A DNA stretch of 64,000 bases from Gekko japonicus. Its lineage: Eukaryota. Under the pieces are notes generated by a model. It saw nothing but the letters and a program-made list of their open reading frames with translations, was not told the origin of the DNA and did not search any database. The DNA is taken from contig NW_015172565.1 in assembly GCF_001447785.1 (NCBI RefSeq), positions 347,947 to 411,946 on the forward strand. The letters run 5' to 3'. The translations under genes and the position numbers were made by a program. Below, piece by piece: positions 37,100 through 48,500 of the stretch (positions are counted from its first letter, which is position 1; every line of letters begins with the position of its first letter).

Positions 37100-38584
37100 G
37101 AACATCTTATTAGTTGTTTATGAAGGCCTGTAAGATGGCACTGAAGTCTGCAAAGAGAGAGTTCTATGCGGCCTCTATTGCATCAGCAAAATCACACACA
37201 GCCCAGTTATTTATAACTATTCGGTCATCAAATTCGTTGCCACAAGATAAACTAAATGCTAGGGAATTGGACATAGGCTGTGAGGCTTTTGCAATGTATT
37301 TTGCTGATAGTCTTGTGACTCCCCCAGGACCTCCCGACCACTATTGATAGGGTAAAGGAGCTGGAAACCCTTTATCTGCCTTCAGGTCCTATATTGGACC
37401 ATTTCAGCCGGCTATCTGAGGAGGGTGTCGACAGGGTCCTGGCAGCTGCAAGGCCAGCCACTTGCTGCCTTGACCCGTGTTCATCCTGGCTGGTCAAGGC
37501 CTGCAGGGATTATATTTGGGTCTCCCTGGGAGACATTATCAATTTGTCCCTTTCATCTGGGACCTTCCCAGTGGAGATTAAGGAGACAGTGGTTCGCCGG
37601 CTCTTAAAGAAACCAACTCTGGACCCAGTGGTCCTGGCCTACTACAGCCCAGTTTCAAATCTACCATTTCTGAGTAAGGTAGTTGAGAGAGAGGTGTCTG
37701 AACAGCTCCAGGTCTTCTTGGGTGATGCATCTGTCCTTGACCTCTTCAAGTCCAGTTTCCATCCTGGTCATGGGACGGAGATGGCACTGGTTGCCCTTAC
37801 AGATGTTCTCCGGAGGCATCTGGATTGGGATGGGTCAGTGCAGCTGTTACTGTTAGATCTTATGGCGGCATTCGACACAGTTGACTATGATCTTATGACC
37901 CATTGCCTCGCCGACATTGGGGTTCAGGAAACTGCGTTTTAATGGTTTTCCTCCTTTCTCTGTGGTTGGGGACAGAAGATGGCACTCAGCGAGACGGTCT
38001 CCCCGCGGTACCTACTTGAGTGTGGTGTGCTGCAGGGGGCGATCCTCTTGCCAGTGTTCTTTAACATCTACATGTGCCCCCTCACCAGGTTGGTCTAGGG
38101 GTTTGGGTTGGGGTGTCACCAATATGCAGATAACACCCAACTCTGTTATTGGATAGCTGCCCAGACTCCACCCCAGAGACTCTGACCAGGGCATCGGAGG
38201 CCATAGCTGGTTGGTTGCAGCAGAGCCAGTTGAAACTCAATCCAATGAAGACAGAGGTCCTATCCCTGGGTGATTCTGGATGCCTCACTTTCTATGGAGG
38301 CCCAGGTCACCACAGTTGCCAGGTCTGCCATTTTATCTCTGACAGATCAGGCAATTGCCCCCCTACCTTGCCCCCAAGACTTGGCTACTGTGACCCATCC
38401 AATGGTCACTTCCAGGCTTTTTTTTTTTGCCCCCCCCCCCCGAGGGGATTTTTTATTCCATTTTATATATAGACTACAAACTACAATTGAAAAAGGGGGG
38501 GGTTTACTACATTTAGGGAGAAAGTAAAGATAACCACTTCTGACTAAAAACCCAAGAGAGGAGATCTTCAAAATAGCTTATATA

Positions 38585-39401
38585 CCGTATATACTCGAGT
38601 ATAAGCCGACCCGAGTATAAGCCGAGACTCCTAATTTTACCACAAAAAACTGGGGAAAAGTATTGACTCGAGTATAAGCCTAGGGTGGGAAATGCGAAAT
38701 CGGATCGGATGCGAAATCGGATCGGATGGAAACACTCCCTGGCCGTCGGCCTGACATATTCCTGGGTGCTGCTGCTGGGGCTTTGGCAGCGGCCGCCTTT
38801 CCCCACGCGGCGGCAGAGGAGAAGAGGGTGGGAGGAGGGATGTGCGCGTGCGCCGAAGCTCTCCGGGGCCAAGGAATTCTAACCGCCCCGCCCGGAACAG
38901 CCAGTCCCGATTCAAGAGGCGGGGAGAAGAAGGGCGGGCGGGGGCTTGGCGCAGAGGGAGCTCCTGCGAGTGGCATTGGAGCCCTCCCCTCCCCGCTCGC
39001 ATCCTCTTTCCGCTCCGAAGAAGGGCAGGGGCTAGAAGAAGTTGAGCGCTAGGAGAGCAGAGCGGCTGCTTTCTGTCTGCAGAGCGGTGGCACCGCGCAA
39101 GAACACAGGGGCACCGTGACGAGGAGGAGGAGAAGGAAGAGGAGTCCACCCCCATGGCGCCCTCTACCTCCTCGCCGCCTTCCTCTCCCCTCCCTCCCCT
39201 GCTTCCCTCCCTCGCTGGAGAGAGAGAGAGCGCGCGAGAGGGGTGGGCGGGAAGAGACCCTCCCCACCGCCTTTCTTTTCTTTCTTCCGCGGCGGCATTT
39301 TCTGGGGTCATTTTTTTTCTCACTCGAGTATAAGCCGAGGGGGTGCTTTTTCAGCACAAAAAATGTGCTGAAAAAGTCGGCTTATACTCGAGTATATACG
39401 G
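38585..39401. mobile_element. Tc1/mariner (Tc2-like) MITE
   Basis: Perfect 26-bp TIRs ccgtatatactcgagtataagccgac, TA TSD, subterminal ctcgagtataagcc repeats. Confidence 0.92.
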
Positions 39402-40619
39402 TACTATACCATCCCTTTAAACGCTACATTTTATTAACTTAGTCAGTCATGCTTTTATAACTTTTAAGTCTTAAATTTAACTGTTAGCGAAGGTTCCCTC
39501 AGCATCTCCATGTTAAAATATCTTATTTATCAGAGTTCCATTCAGAGTCTTTCAACCCTCATTTCTTCTTGTCTTGTCTCTTCCGCAATTTATAAGGACT
39601 TTTAGGAGCCGCTGCACCCTTCTCCGACAGAGAGTCCTCTCCAGAGGACCCCGAGTCCAGCTCGCCACTGGACTTACTGTCCTTTTCTTCTTTATCCACC
39701 TCCTCTGGCTCTCCCCTCTGGGTTCTCAAAAAGCCTCGTGCTTTTGAAACAGAGTCAATCTTTTCCATTTTTTCCTGGAGTTTACAGGTCACACCCTCTG
39801 AGTATAACTACCTATAGCCGATTGAGTTAGTTTGAAGAAAAAGGATTAAATCTTTATATTTCTTTCTCCACTGTCTTATTTCAAATGGAATATCTTTCAG
39901 GATCCAAATAGACTTGTCCTCAATTCTCAAAGGTGTCCCCGCCGTCGCTCTCAGGATACAATCACGTGTCTCTTTGAGAATCTCACCACAATTTCCCCAG
40001 GCAGATTCTTCTTCTTTATGTATATGGAATAGGACCTATAGACCACATCCATTTCGCTCCTAAGATAGTCCGCCATTAAATCTGTCACTGGGGCCAATGC
40101 TTCGTTCATCATATGCTTCAGATTCTCTCCTTTGCTCTCTGGGACACCCTGGAAGCAAAGAACCAGATTTGCTTTTTCCATTTGCATTTGTAAGAGCTGT
40201 TCTTCTGTTGAGTTTTGCTTCTTTTCCAATTTATACACCTTTTCTTCACCTTTTGTGTGGTGGCATCAACCTCTTTCACTCTCTCTGCTGTTTGGTCCAG
40301 GATTTTAAGTGTATCGTTGAGTTGTATCTGCTGGGTAGATATGCATTGATTCATTTTTGACAGCTGCTCTTGAAGATTGGTCATCTGCTCCAGCAGGGGG
40401 CACAGGGACTCTGCCATCGTTTTAGCCAACTCGGTGGTTCCTTCCGGTCTTGGACTCTCAACTCCTTTAGTTTTTGAAAGCTTCTCCTTCTCCGTCCTCT
40501 TCCCCGCCATCTTTTTCAATTGTTTACTTTCGCCCAAGTTTTAAAAGTCTCTGAATTTGCCCTCAACCGCTTGTACGTGCCTTGGTAAGTCTTTCCAGCA
40601 GTTTTGCTGCTTTGCTTCT

Positions 40620-41183
40620 GCTCCCCCCCCCCGATCTCACTTAAAGTTTATGCACTTGGGAGGGGCCCCTCCCCCACTCGCTTTGCCCTCTAGTCCGTGG
40701 GGGTTTGGGGGAGCTTTCTTTTTAGTTTAATAAATCGCTTCCATCCAACTCACGTTCATTTATTGGCCATCCAACCTCTTTTACTTTCATTTTCCACCAC
40801 TCAATCTCCTGCGCTTGTCCCGCCCAGTGCCACTAATTCCAAACGGACACAGACAGAGGGACCATGAGGACGGAGAAGCGCCTCGATTCCCCAGCATCGT
40901 GCTCCCCCCCCCCCGATCTCGTTTAAAGTTTATGCGCCTGGTAGGGGCCCCTCCCCCACTTCCTTTGCCCTCTAGTCCGAGGGGTTTTGGGGGAGCTTTC
41001 TTTTTAGTTTAGCAAATCGCTTCCATCCGACTCATGTTCGTTATCGGCCAGCCGGCCTCTTTTACTTTCATTTTCCACTGCTTGATCTCCTGTGCTTGTC
41101 CCGGCCAGCGTCACTAATTCCAAACGGACACAGACGGAGGGACCATAAGGACAGAGAAGCGCCTCGATTCCCCAGCATCGTGC
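40620..41183. repeat. Two tandem ~281-bp monomers in the 5'UTR of the half-L1
   Basis: gctccccc..gatctc...gcctcgattccccagcatcgt repeated from 40620 and 40901. Confidence 0.9.
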
Positions 41184-42325
41184 TGGGGAAGAGGCAACCT
41201 CTCAGGAATCCCTTGGCCAGGAGGCTTTCGCCAGTCTCCTGGGGGGAGTGCGATACATGCCCCCCCCTTTCTGCCTGCACGCAGTTTCACCCCCGGGAGG
41301 TCCGGGAGGTGCGACTGCTCAGCGCGCCGCCATCCACCGGAAGTGTCACTTCCAGGTTTGATTACTGTAACTCACTTTATGCGGGCTTGCCCTTGAGACT
41401 GATCCAGAAACTCCAAGTAGTCCAGAATGCGGCGATGCACCTGCTGACGGCATTGCCTGTGTGGGCATGCATTTGGCTGGTATTGTGCTGTTTGCACTGG
41501 CTACCGATTGAGTACTGGATCCATGTTGGTATTAACCTTCAAAGCCTTGCACAGCCGGGACCAACATATCTGAAGGACCGCCTCTTCCCATATGTGTCCT
41601 TGCGCTCACAGGATCAACATCTACTGGTTATCCCTGGCCCAAAAGATGTCTGCTTAGCCTCTACCAGGGCCAGGACTTTCTCCACCCTGGCTCCAACCTG
41701 GTGGAATCAGCTCCCACTGGAGATCAGGGCCCTGCGGGACCGTCTATAGTTCTGCAGCACCTGCATAATGAAGCTGTTCTGCCAGGCCTTCTGTTGAGGT
41801 AACGGGTGTCTATCTTTGTTGGCCTCGCTGCTCTGGCTCCTAATCTGCTGAAAGGGCCCATTTGATTCCACCTGTGGCTCTAAGAGATATGAAACTCTTA
41901 CTACTTGTATGAATTTGTATTATTTATTGTCTTAACTGATTTTAATGTGATTTTATTGTAATGAGTCTTGGACTTGGCTTCTTGTGATCCGTCCTGAGCC
42001 CGTTTTGGGGAGAGTAGAAGAACAATCTCAAAAATAAAATGAAAACATTTTTTTAAATGTCCGGTTGTTCTCCCCCTCCCCCCTCCAGCCTTAGAAATGA
42101 CACTTCCCCTCATGATAAGCAGTTCTCCTTGCAAGTAGGCAAGAAGCTCTGACTGGGCTGGTGCACACTTGGGAGCATATGACTGAGATTGGCCCGATGC
42201 CCTTGCTTGGATGAAGGCTCAGAGCAGGCAGACACAGTTGGGGAGACATGGCCACACTGTGACAAGCAGCCAGTCTAACACAGAGGTGAGCACAGGGGTG
42301 AAGGTGAAAACTTTCTCACCCTGGA

Positions 42326-42575
42326 TGGTGTAGTGGTTAAGTGCGTGGAGTCTAATCTGGAAGAACCGGGTTTGACTCCCCACTCCTTCACTCGCAGCTG
42401 TTGGATGACCATAGTTCTGTCAGAGCTGTTCTTGAAAAAGGGCAGTTTCTGTCAGTTCTCTCAGCCCCACCTACCTCACAGAGTGTCTGTTGTGGGGAGG
42501 GGAAGGGAAAGGAGTTTGTAAGCCACTCTGAGTGAAGGATGGGGTATAAATCCAATCTCTTCTTCTCTTCTTCTT
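42326..42575 (+). mobile_element. Squam3-like SINE
   Basis: Same family as the copy at 15331, (CTT)n tail. Confidence 0.75.
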
Positions 42576-45500
42576 TTGTGTACCCCCTGCAGTAACTCCA
42601 CAGCCCTCCAAGGGTTCCCAGACTGTGGGCTGGGAAATACTGTACTAGTCTATCCTTATACATGGAAAACCCCTCTTCTCTGCCCTCACCTGGTGTGGAT
42701 GTCAGATGCTTAAAAGTCCAGGTTTGCTAAAAATTTATACGGTGGTTAACCTGGCACCTGTGTTGTGCCCTTCATAAATAAAACTAACTTCACTATATTG
42801 GGCCCTATGTTATACATGATGCATTTTGTGTACATACAATGGAATATGTACTTTTGATTTGCCTAAGTCTGTATTGAATAATTTCTATTAATTCCTAACA
42901 TTTCGCTTTCTTAGAAAAAGTGGTTTTATAACTCTTCAGAGTTTCTGGAATCTTTACGTCTCTTCATATGCACACAAACTAAGATGGCCTCAGTTCCCTT
43001 AAATTTCTTTTTTTCTGCCCTCAACCTAGGCTTCATTAATCAAGATAACATCACAAGATGAAAAAAGGAATGTGGCAGTGCGAAATGAGGGATTGTACCT
43101 TGAAGTTTGTGCACTAGATTGGGGAGGGAGGCATACCCATTCCTTAATTTGGTGTGGGAGTTAGCCTGGAGTGCTTCATGCGAAACCGTCAGTTTCTAGC
43201 TCCAAGTCTCTAGTTTACCACTGCCACAATCCCTCTCTTGTGTGTGTACATGCAAGTCTACATCATCTTGTTGCTTGAAGCCTTGGAGTGGAGCAGGGGG
43301 GATGTTTTAGTTTGTGTGAGCTAAACCTGTTGTAATGTAAGGTCCCTGGAAAATTTGAAATCAAAGGAAATCCCTTTTTCAGGGGAAGAAAGAGAAAGGG
43401 GGGGGGGGAATGTTGTGTATGTAATACTGATTCTTCAAACCTTAACCTAATTTACCATTTTAATAGCATTGGGTTGTATCCTGCTACTCTGGTAATGGCA
43501 TTGTCAGCACAAGATTCATCTTGCTAACAGTGAAGTCTCTTGCATCAATGGGACCATGCCTTATGCTGTTAAAAAGTGGCACCCTTAGCTGATATAGTAC
43601 TGGAAAATGAAAAACTGTATTGGGATTTAGAAACAGAAAAGCACATATACATGCTAAAATGAGTGTCGGTAAATAGAAGTGGGGAGAGGGTTGTCATAGG
43701 TGGACCATTCCTGAAGCTTCTGTTCTGGTTATCTGTCAGTGTAGCTCTCTGATGCTGGGGTTAGGAGTAGTCACCTAGGTTTCCATGCCATATATTTTAT
43801 ATTTTCATTTAGCCACCTTTACTGTTAAACTGCTCTGGTTCTTCAATCATGCATTAAGCATTTAGGGGTAATTTAACAGGTAATTCGTGATGGATTTTCT
43901 TCTGCAATTAATTGATAAACATAATTATATGCTTAAGTCATGTATTTCAGAAAATAATGTGTAGGGATAGCACTGCCACAGAATATTTTACTGAACATGT
44001 GGTATATGAACATTTGCCAGATCTCCTGCTTTCCTTAAAATAAAGCTAGTCTCTTTTGCTTGGGTCTGTTTACCAGTTAGGCTAGAATTGTTCTGTTGCA
44101 AAGTACATGTTTGTATAGATAAGACATGAATTGTCCGCCTGCTGATTTTTTTTGTGGACAAGATGAAATCTTATTAGTGGATCCCTTTCATACCAAAAAT
44201 AGGTTAAGGCTTTCAGTTAAAGTTTTTTTAAAAAATAATTCTATATTGCAAGAGAACCTTTAATATCTACAGTGAATTTCTTGCAGATGCTTCAGTTCGC
44301 AGTAGTACTACTGAATGTGAGTGTGTGATTAGATGAGTTTTAAAGCTGTGAGATGTCTTTCAAATTTGTTTAATTTAATATCTTTCTAGCGTTTTTCAAG
44401 GTGAAGATTGAGCTTGTAGCCTCTAATCTCATCATGTGTGTCAACTAATATAGAGTGGCTGTTATACCATGGACATCTCATCGTAGAATTTATCTTGAAT
44501 TATCAGCTTGTATATACTTACCTGAAAGAATATGCAGTTTCATGCATAACAACTTTCATACCTGTAAATCAGTCTGTTACTGCAGTCCAGCATAAAGGAG
44601 AATTGGTGAATATGATGCTGCTGCTGCTACTCCTAAGAGAAAGAAACCCGATGAGAGGAAACGTACCTGGGACACCTTGCTTGGGAAATAATGTTAAACA
44701 TCATTAGTGTTCTGTTGCTGTGCAGATTTTCATATGGCTTTTCTAGAGCAGATGTGTGGAGGCTGTTTTACTTGAACACACATACCCTGGAGTTACATAT
44801 TGTGGTTCTCATAAGGAAAAATTACCTATTGGTATGAGAAACATCTGGTGAAAGTCTTCCAGAAGTGTTCATATGGTAGGTGTATCCTCAAGGAGTAATT
44901 ATAAGGTAAACAATCTGGATTCCACTGTGGTTAGTTCATGCTTTGTTACTTGTGTAAATGAATCATTAAACTCTCTATCCAGCTGGTGTATCTTCAGTAT
45001 ACAGACCTTTTGAAAGTGGCAGTTGTTAATTTAAGGAGCAGAAAGTTTATTTTTTTAAGTTTAAAATATTTCAAAATATCTATATACTATCTCCCAAATG
45101 TGGCCCCCATCTGTGGATACCGAAATCCATGGATTGAGGCCACATTTACACTAAATAGATTTTTCTGCAAACTTGGGTGACCCCCCCCAAGTTTGCAGAA
45201 AAATCTGAAATCTTTTTTTTAAAAAAACATTGGGGGGTTAAATCCCCCCCCAATAAATTAGGATTAAATTTGCACCTGTCTCCAGTAGTTGTCGGAGCCT
45301 AGGAGCTGCTGGACCCATTGCTGACAGAAGCACAGCCCACACATCACACTGGGCCTGTCCAGAAAGTTGGAGGGAATCTCCCCCTGAGTATCTTGGGCCT
45401 GCACTTGTGTATTACTATTGCTTAGGTTCAAAATAGTTGTTGACTCACTGTTGGAGTTCTTCTCAAACAACAAATGCCAATCTTAATTCTTCCAAACATT

Positions 45501-48500
45501 CTTCAGTATTTTGGCCTGAAATGACATTTGAGTTGAGATTATACACATTATAACATTGGATTCGATATCACTTTTGTGCACAGCTTCTGTTGCAGTCATA
45601 TTTATACATCTAATTTCCATTCAATTAGTGTGGAACCTTTTACTCTGTCTTTTTGTGACTTCACTAAAAGTTCTGGTGAGGTAACACTGAATTTGCAAGA
45701 TTATTAAAGACTTAACAAAAGAAAAGACTTGTGGAATATGCTATTAAATGCTGCTGTGGTGATTTGGAGAAACAAATTGACAGGTTATTTAATTACAGGA
45801 AATAAAAAAAGGGGTAGAGAAGAAATGATCTTATGAGGACCTTGATTGCATTTCAGGCTGAGAGTGTTACACTTGAATGTTGCTTTTGAGTGCCACTGAG
45901 CTTGAATTGAGACTAAGGTTAGTATGGAGAAGATGGTAGAATTAACTGTAGCATAATTCTGGAGCATATTCTGCATACTGTATGCTAAATATTTGTAGTC
46001 ACTGTAGATTAACATAAATATCATAGAACCAAATCTACAGGATATATTTTAAAGTACTAGCATTTACAGCAATTAGCTAGTTCTGCCCTGGGAGCATTCC
46101 AATGTGTAGCACTTGATTTGTGTGTGCGCGCACTATGCATGGGCTTCCTTTTTTAAGTGAGAAGTTATAGCAGCCTAGCCTGCAAGTTGTGAACATTCTA
46201 GCTAACCAAGGATCTGTTGTTAGGATCATGCTGCAAGGTAGATTAATAACTAAGACATGGTTACTCAGAAGTAAAATCACTAAACAGTCCAATTCCCAGT
46301 CCTCTGGTCATCTTGGTTGCCTCTTTTATCCCCTTTTCCACTACATTCTGCTTGAGTGACAGTGGCTAGAACTACCAACAGTATTCTAAATGTGGCCACA
46401 GCATAGACTTGTGTGATCATATAATGACAGTTACTATGTTCTGTCTCTCTTCTGATGGAATTTGAGACTTTGGCTGATTCTGCACTTGTCTTTTCCCCCC
46501 GCAGTTTGTCCACAGCCACATCGGAAGCAGAATCTCCCTCCACATTGCATCCCAGTCTCACTTTCCTCCTGCATCGCAGCTCTTTCCAGATTCTGCGTTG
46601 TTTTATGGCTGTTTGGAGATGACTTTGCAGTCATCATGGTGTTGCCCCGGGGTATCTGAAAGTGGTCTCTCCCAGGACCTTTTTGCTCTTCAGCTTCTGA
46701 TTTGGAGGGAATAATAAGCAGACTACTTGATGTGGCTTTAGTCATATCTGCCCATTCCCCCGTCCCTATTTCCACTTCTGCTTTGATGCTACTAGCTTGC
46801 GTGGGGGGGGGGTGTTTGACACACTCCTCCATCCTTTGCACACTGAACCCTAGGGAGGGATCTTTCCCCTTTCTCCAAAGCCAATCTGCACACAACTTGG
46901 AGGGGGATGTATTAAAAGGAATGACAGGATTGCCCATTGGAAACAGCAGGAGAGGCCTTAAGGCCCCCTTTTTAAAAATTAAAACCCTTGGGGTGCCACC
47001 CCTCCTGACAGGCCAACCAGCCACCAAGCTGGCATTCCTCTGTGGGTTGTGCATGCTTGGAGTAGCCCAGTGGTAGCTAGCTAAAGGGGGTGGGAGAGCG
47101 GGACAGAGAGGAGAGAAAGGGGACGGTGCGGTGTGCCCCATCACTTACTTACACACTTGACCAAGTTGGGAACACCCGTCCACAGGTCACGAGTGACATT
47201 AACCACAATTAAGCAAAAAATGTGCGTCTTGGTTGTAGATGCAGAATGCATACACAAAAATAAACTGGAGAAAAAAGAATAGCGCAGACGGCAGGGTCAC
47301 AAAATACGAAGTTAACCTTAATGGCTCAACTGCTCGGATTCTCTGGAGGAAGCTACAGTGAGCTGTTCGTGCAGAAAGGACCTTTCTCTGATTTTTTTAG
47401 ACCTGTATCTGCTGCTTAACTCTGATGCAACTTAAATAGCTTAACACTTATGCCAGGTTTGCCTGACGGAGGAAACCTGCAGCTACTTTTGTTGTTAAAC
47501 TCTAAGAAAAGCTGAACAATACCATAAGAACAAACCTGTATACCATAAGAACAAAACCGATCTGAAATCGATCTCATCTGTTGAGGCTCTGGCTAGAAAC
47601 ACAGGAATATTATTGTATTTTATCTGATGTATTTTATTTGTTTTTAATTTTTTGTGTATTGTATTGATGGAACCCATCCTGAACCCGCTATGCAGGGAGG
47701 GTGGGATACAAATAAAAATAAATAAATAATAAAACCAAACAAATGTTTCTAGGTAATATCCATATCTTAATAACATTACTTGGAAGCCAGTCTCAATTGG
47801 TTTGGCAGAATACTTGTATTTCAGCAGGTTTTGTCTCTTTGCTTTCAACTACTCATGGGTCAGGCAGCTCAGAAACCATTAAAACTGTCTTTAGTATTGG
47901 GGGTCTTTATATTTTGGATTCAGCAAGTCTGCAGTCTTCAACCAATGAGAAATGTGTACAAGGGCATTCCCCTGTGAACAGGTTCCAAGGGGTGTCTGTA
48001 TGTGTACTAGGTTGGATGTAGACTAAATTGGCAATTTTCACTGATTTCCCCCCTTCCTGCTACAACCCCCACCCCATGTCATTCCTTGGGAGCGTTTTGT
48101 AGAGATCAGTGAGCTGCAGTTGTAGTAGAAAGGCAGGAAGGTTCCGTTCAACTTATGAAAAAAATTGGCTGATTAACCCACATGCATGCCATTGCACAAC
48201 AACCTGTATGTGGGTTTCATGCCTCCTGCACAGAATGTCTCATTTCTCTATCCGTTGTATCCAGTTCTTTACCAACGCCTGTTTCTCCCATTCTTCCAAC
48301 TCATTCTTATCTCCTTTATGGACTAACTGTTTGCAGAGCCATGCCTGAGAGTGCTTCTGGTTCTGACATGTCACTGCAACCCTACCTTTATAGACACTTC
48401 CATTAGTGATAGTAATTTCAGGTTTCCCCCATGGTTCTGTATATCTTTAGCTCAGTTTTTCAGTGTTAGAATGTTATAAAACAATTATAACACTGCCTCC

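Larger units (their letters stand above)
38417..41344 (-). mobile_element. ORF1-only L1-like element (half-L1/HAL1 type)
   Basis: 12-bp TSD gtcacttccagg at 38405-38416 and 41345-41356; poly(A) tail; 5' end acttccggtggatggcgg; frameshifted ORF1 from 40510 to 39559 (coiled coil, FQGVPES, IVVRF); no ORF2. Confidence 0.85.
34410..42045 (+). mobile_element. Old L2/CR1-group LINE, split by later insertions into about 34410-34692, 37106-38416 and 41357-42045
   Basis: Disrupted RT pieces: LDPCSSWLVK..PVSNLPFLSKVVE..GHGTEMAL..LLDLMAAFDTVD and SRFDYCNSLYAGLP..LQVVQNAA..LHWLP. Confidence 0.85.

Noticed and set aside
46434-47382. 236-aa minus-strand ORF and a possible Harbinger-like element
   Set aside because: No transposase motifs; terminal repeats are weak and there is no clear TSD
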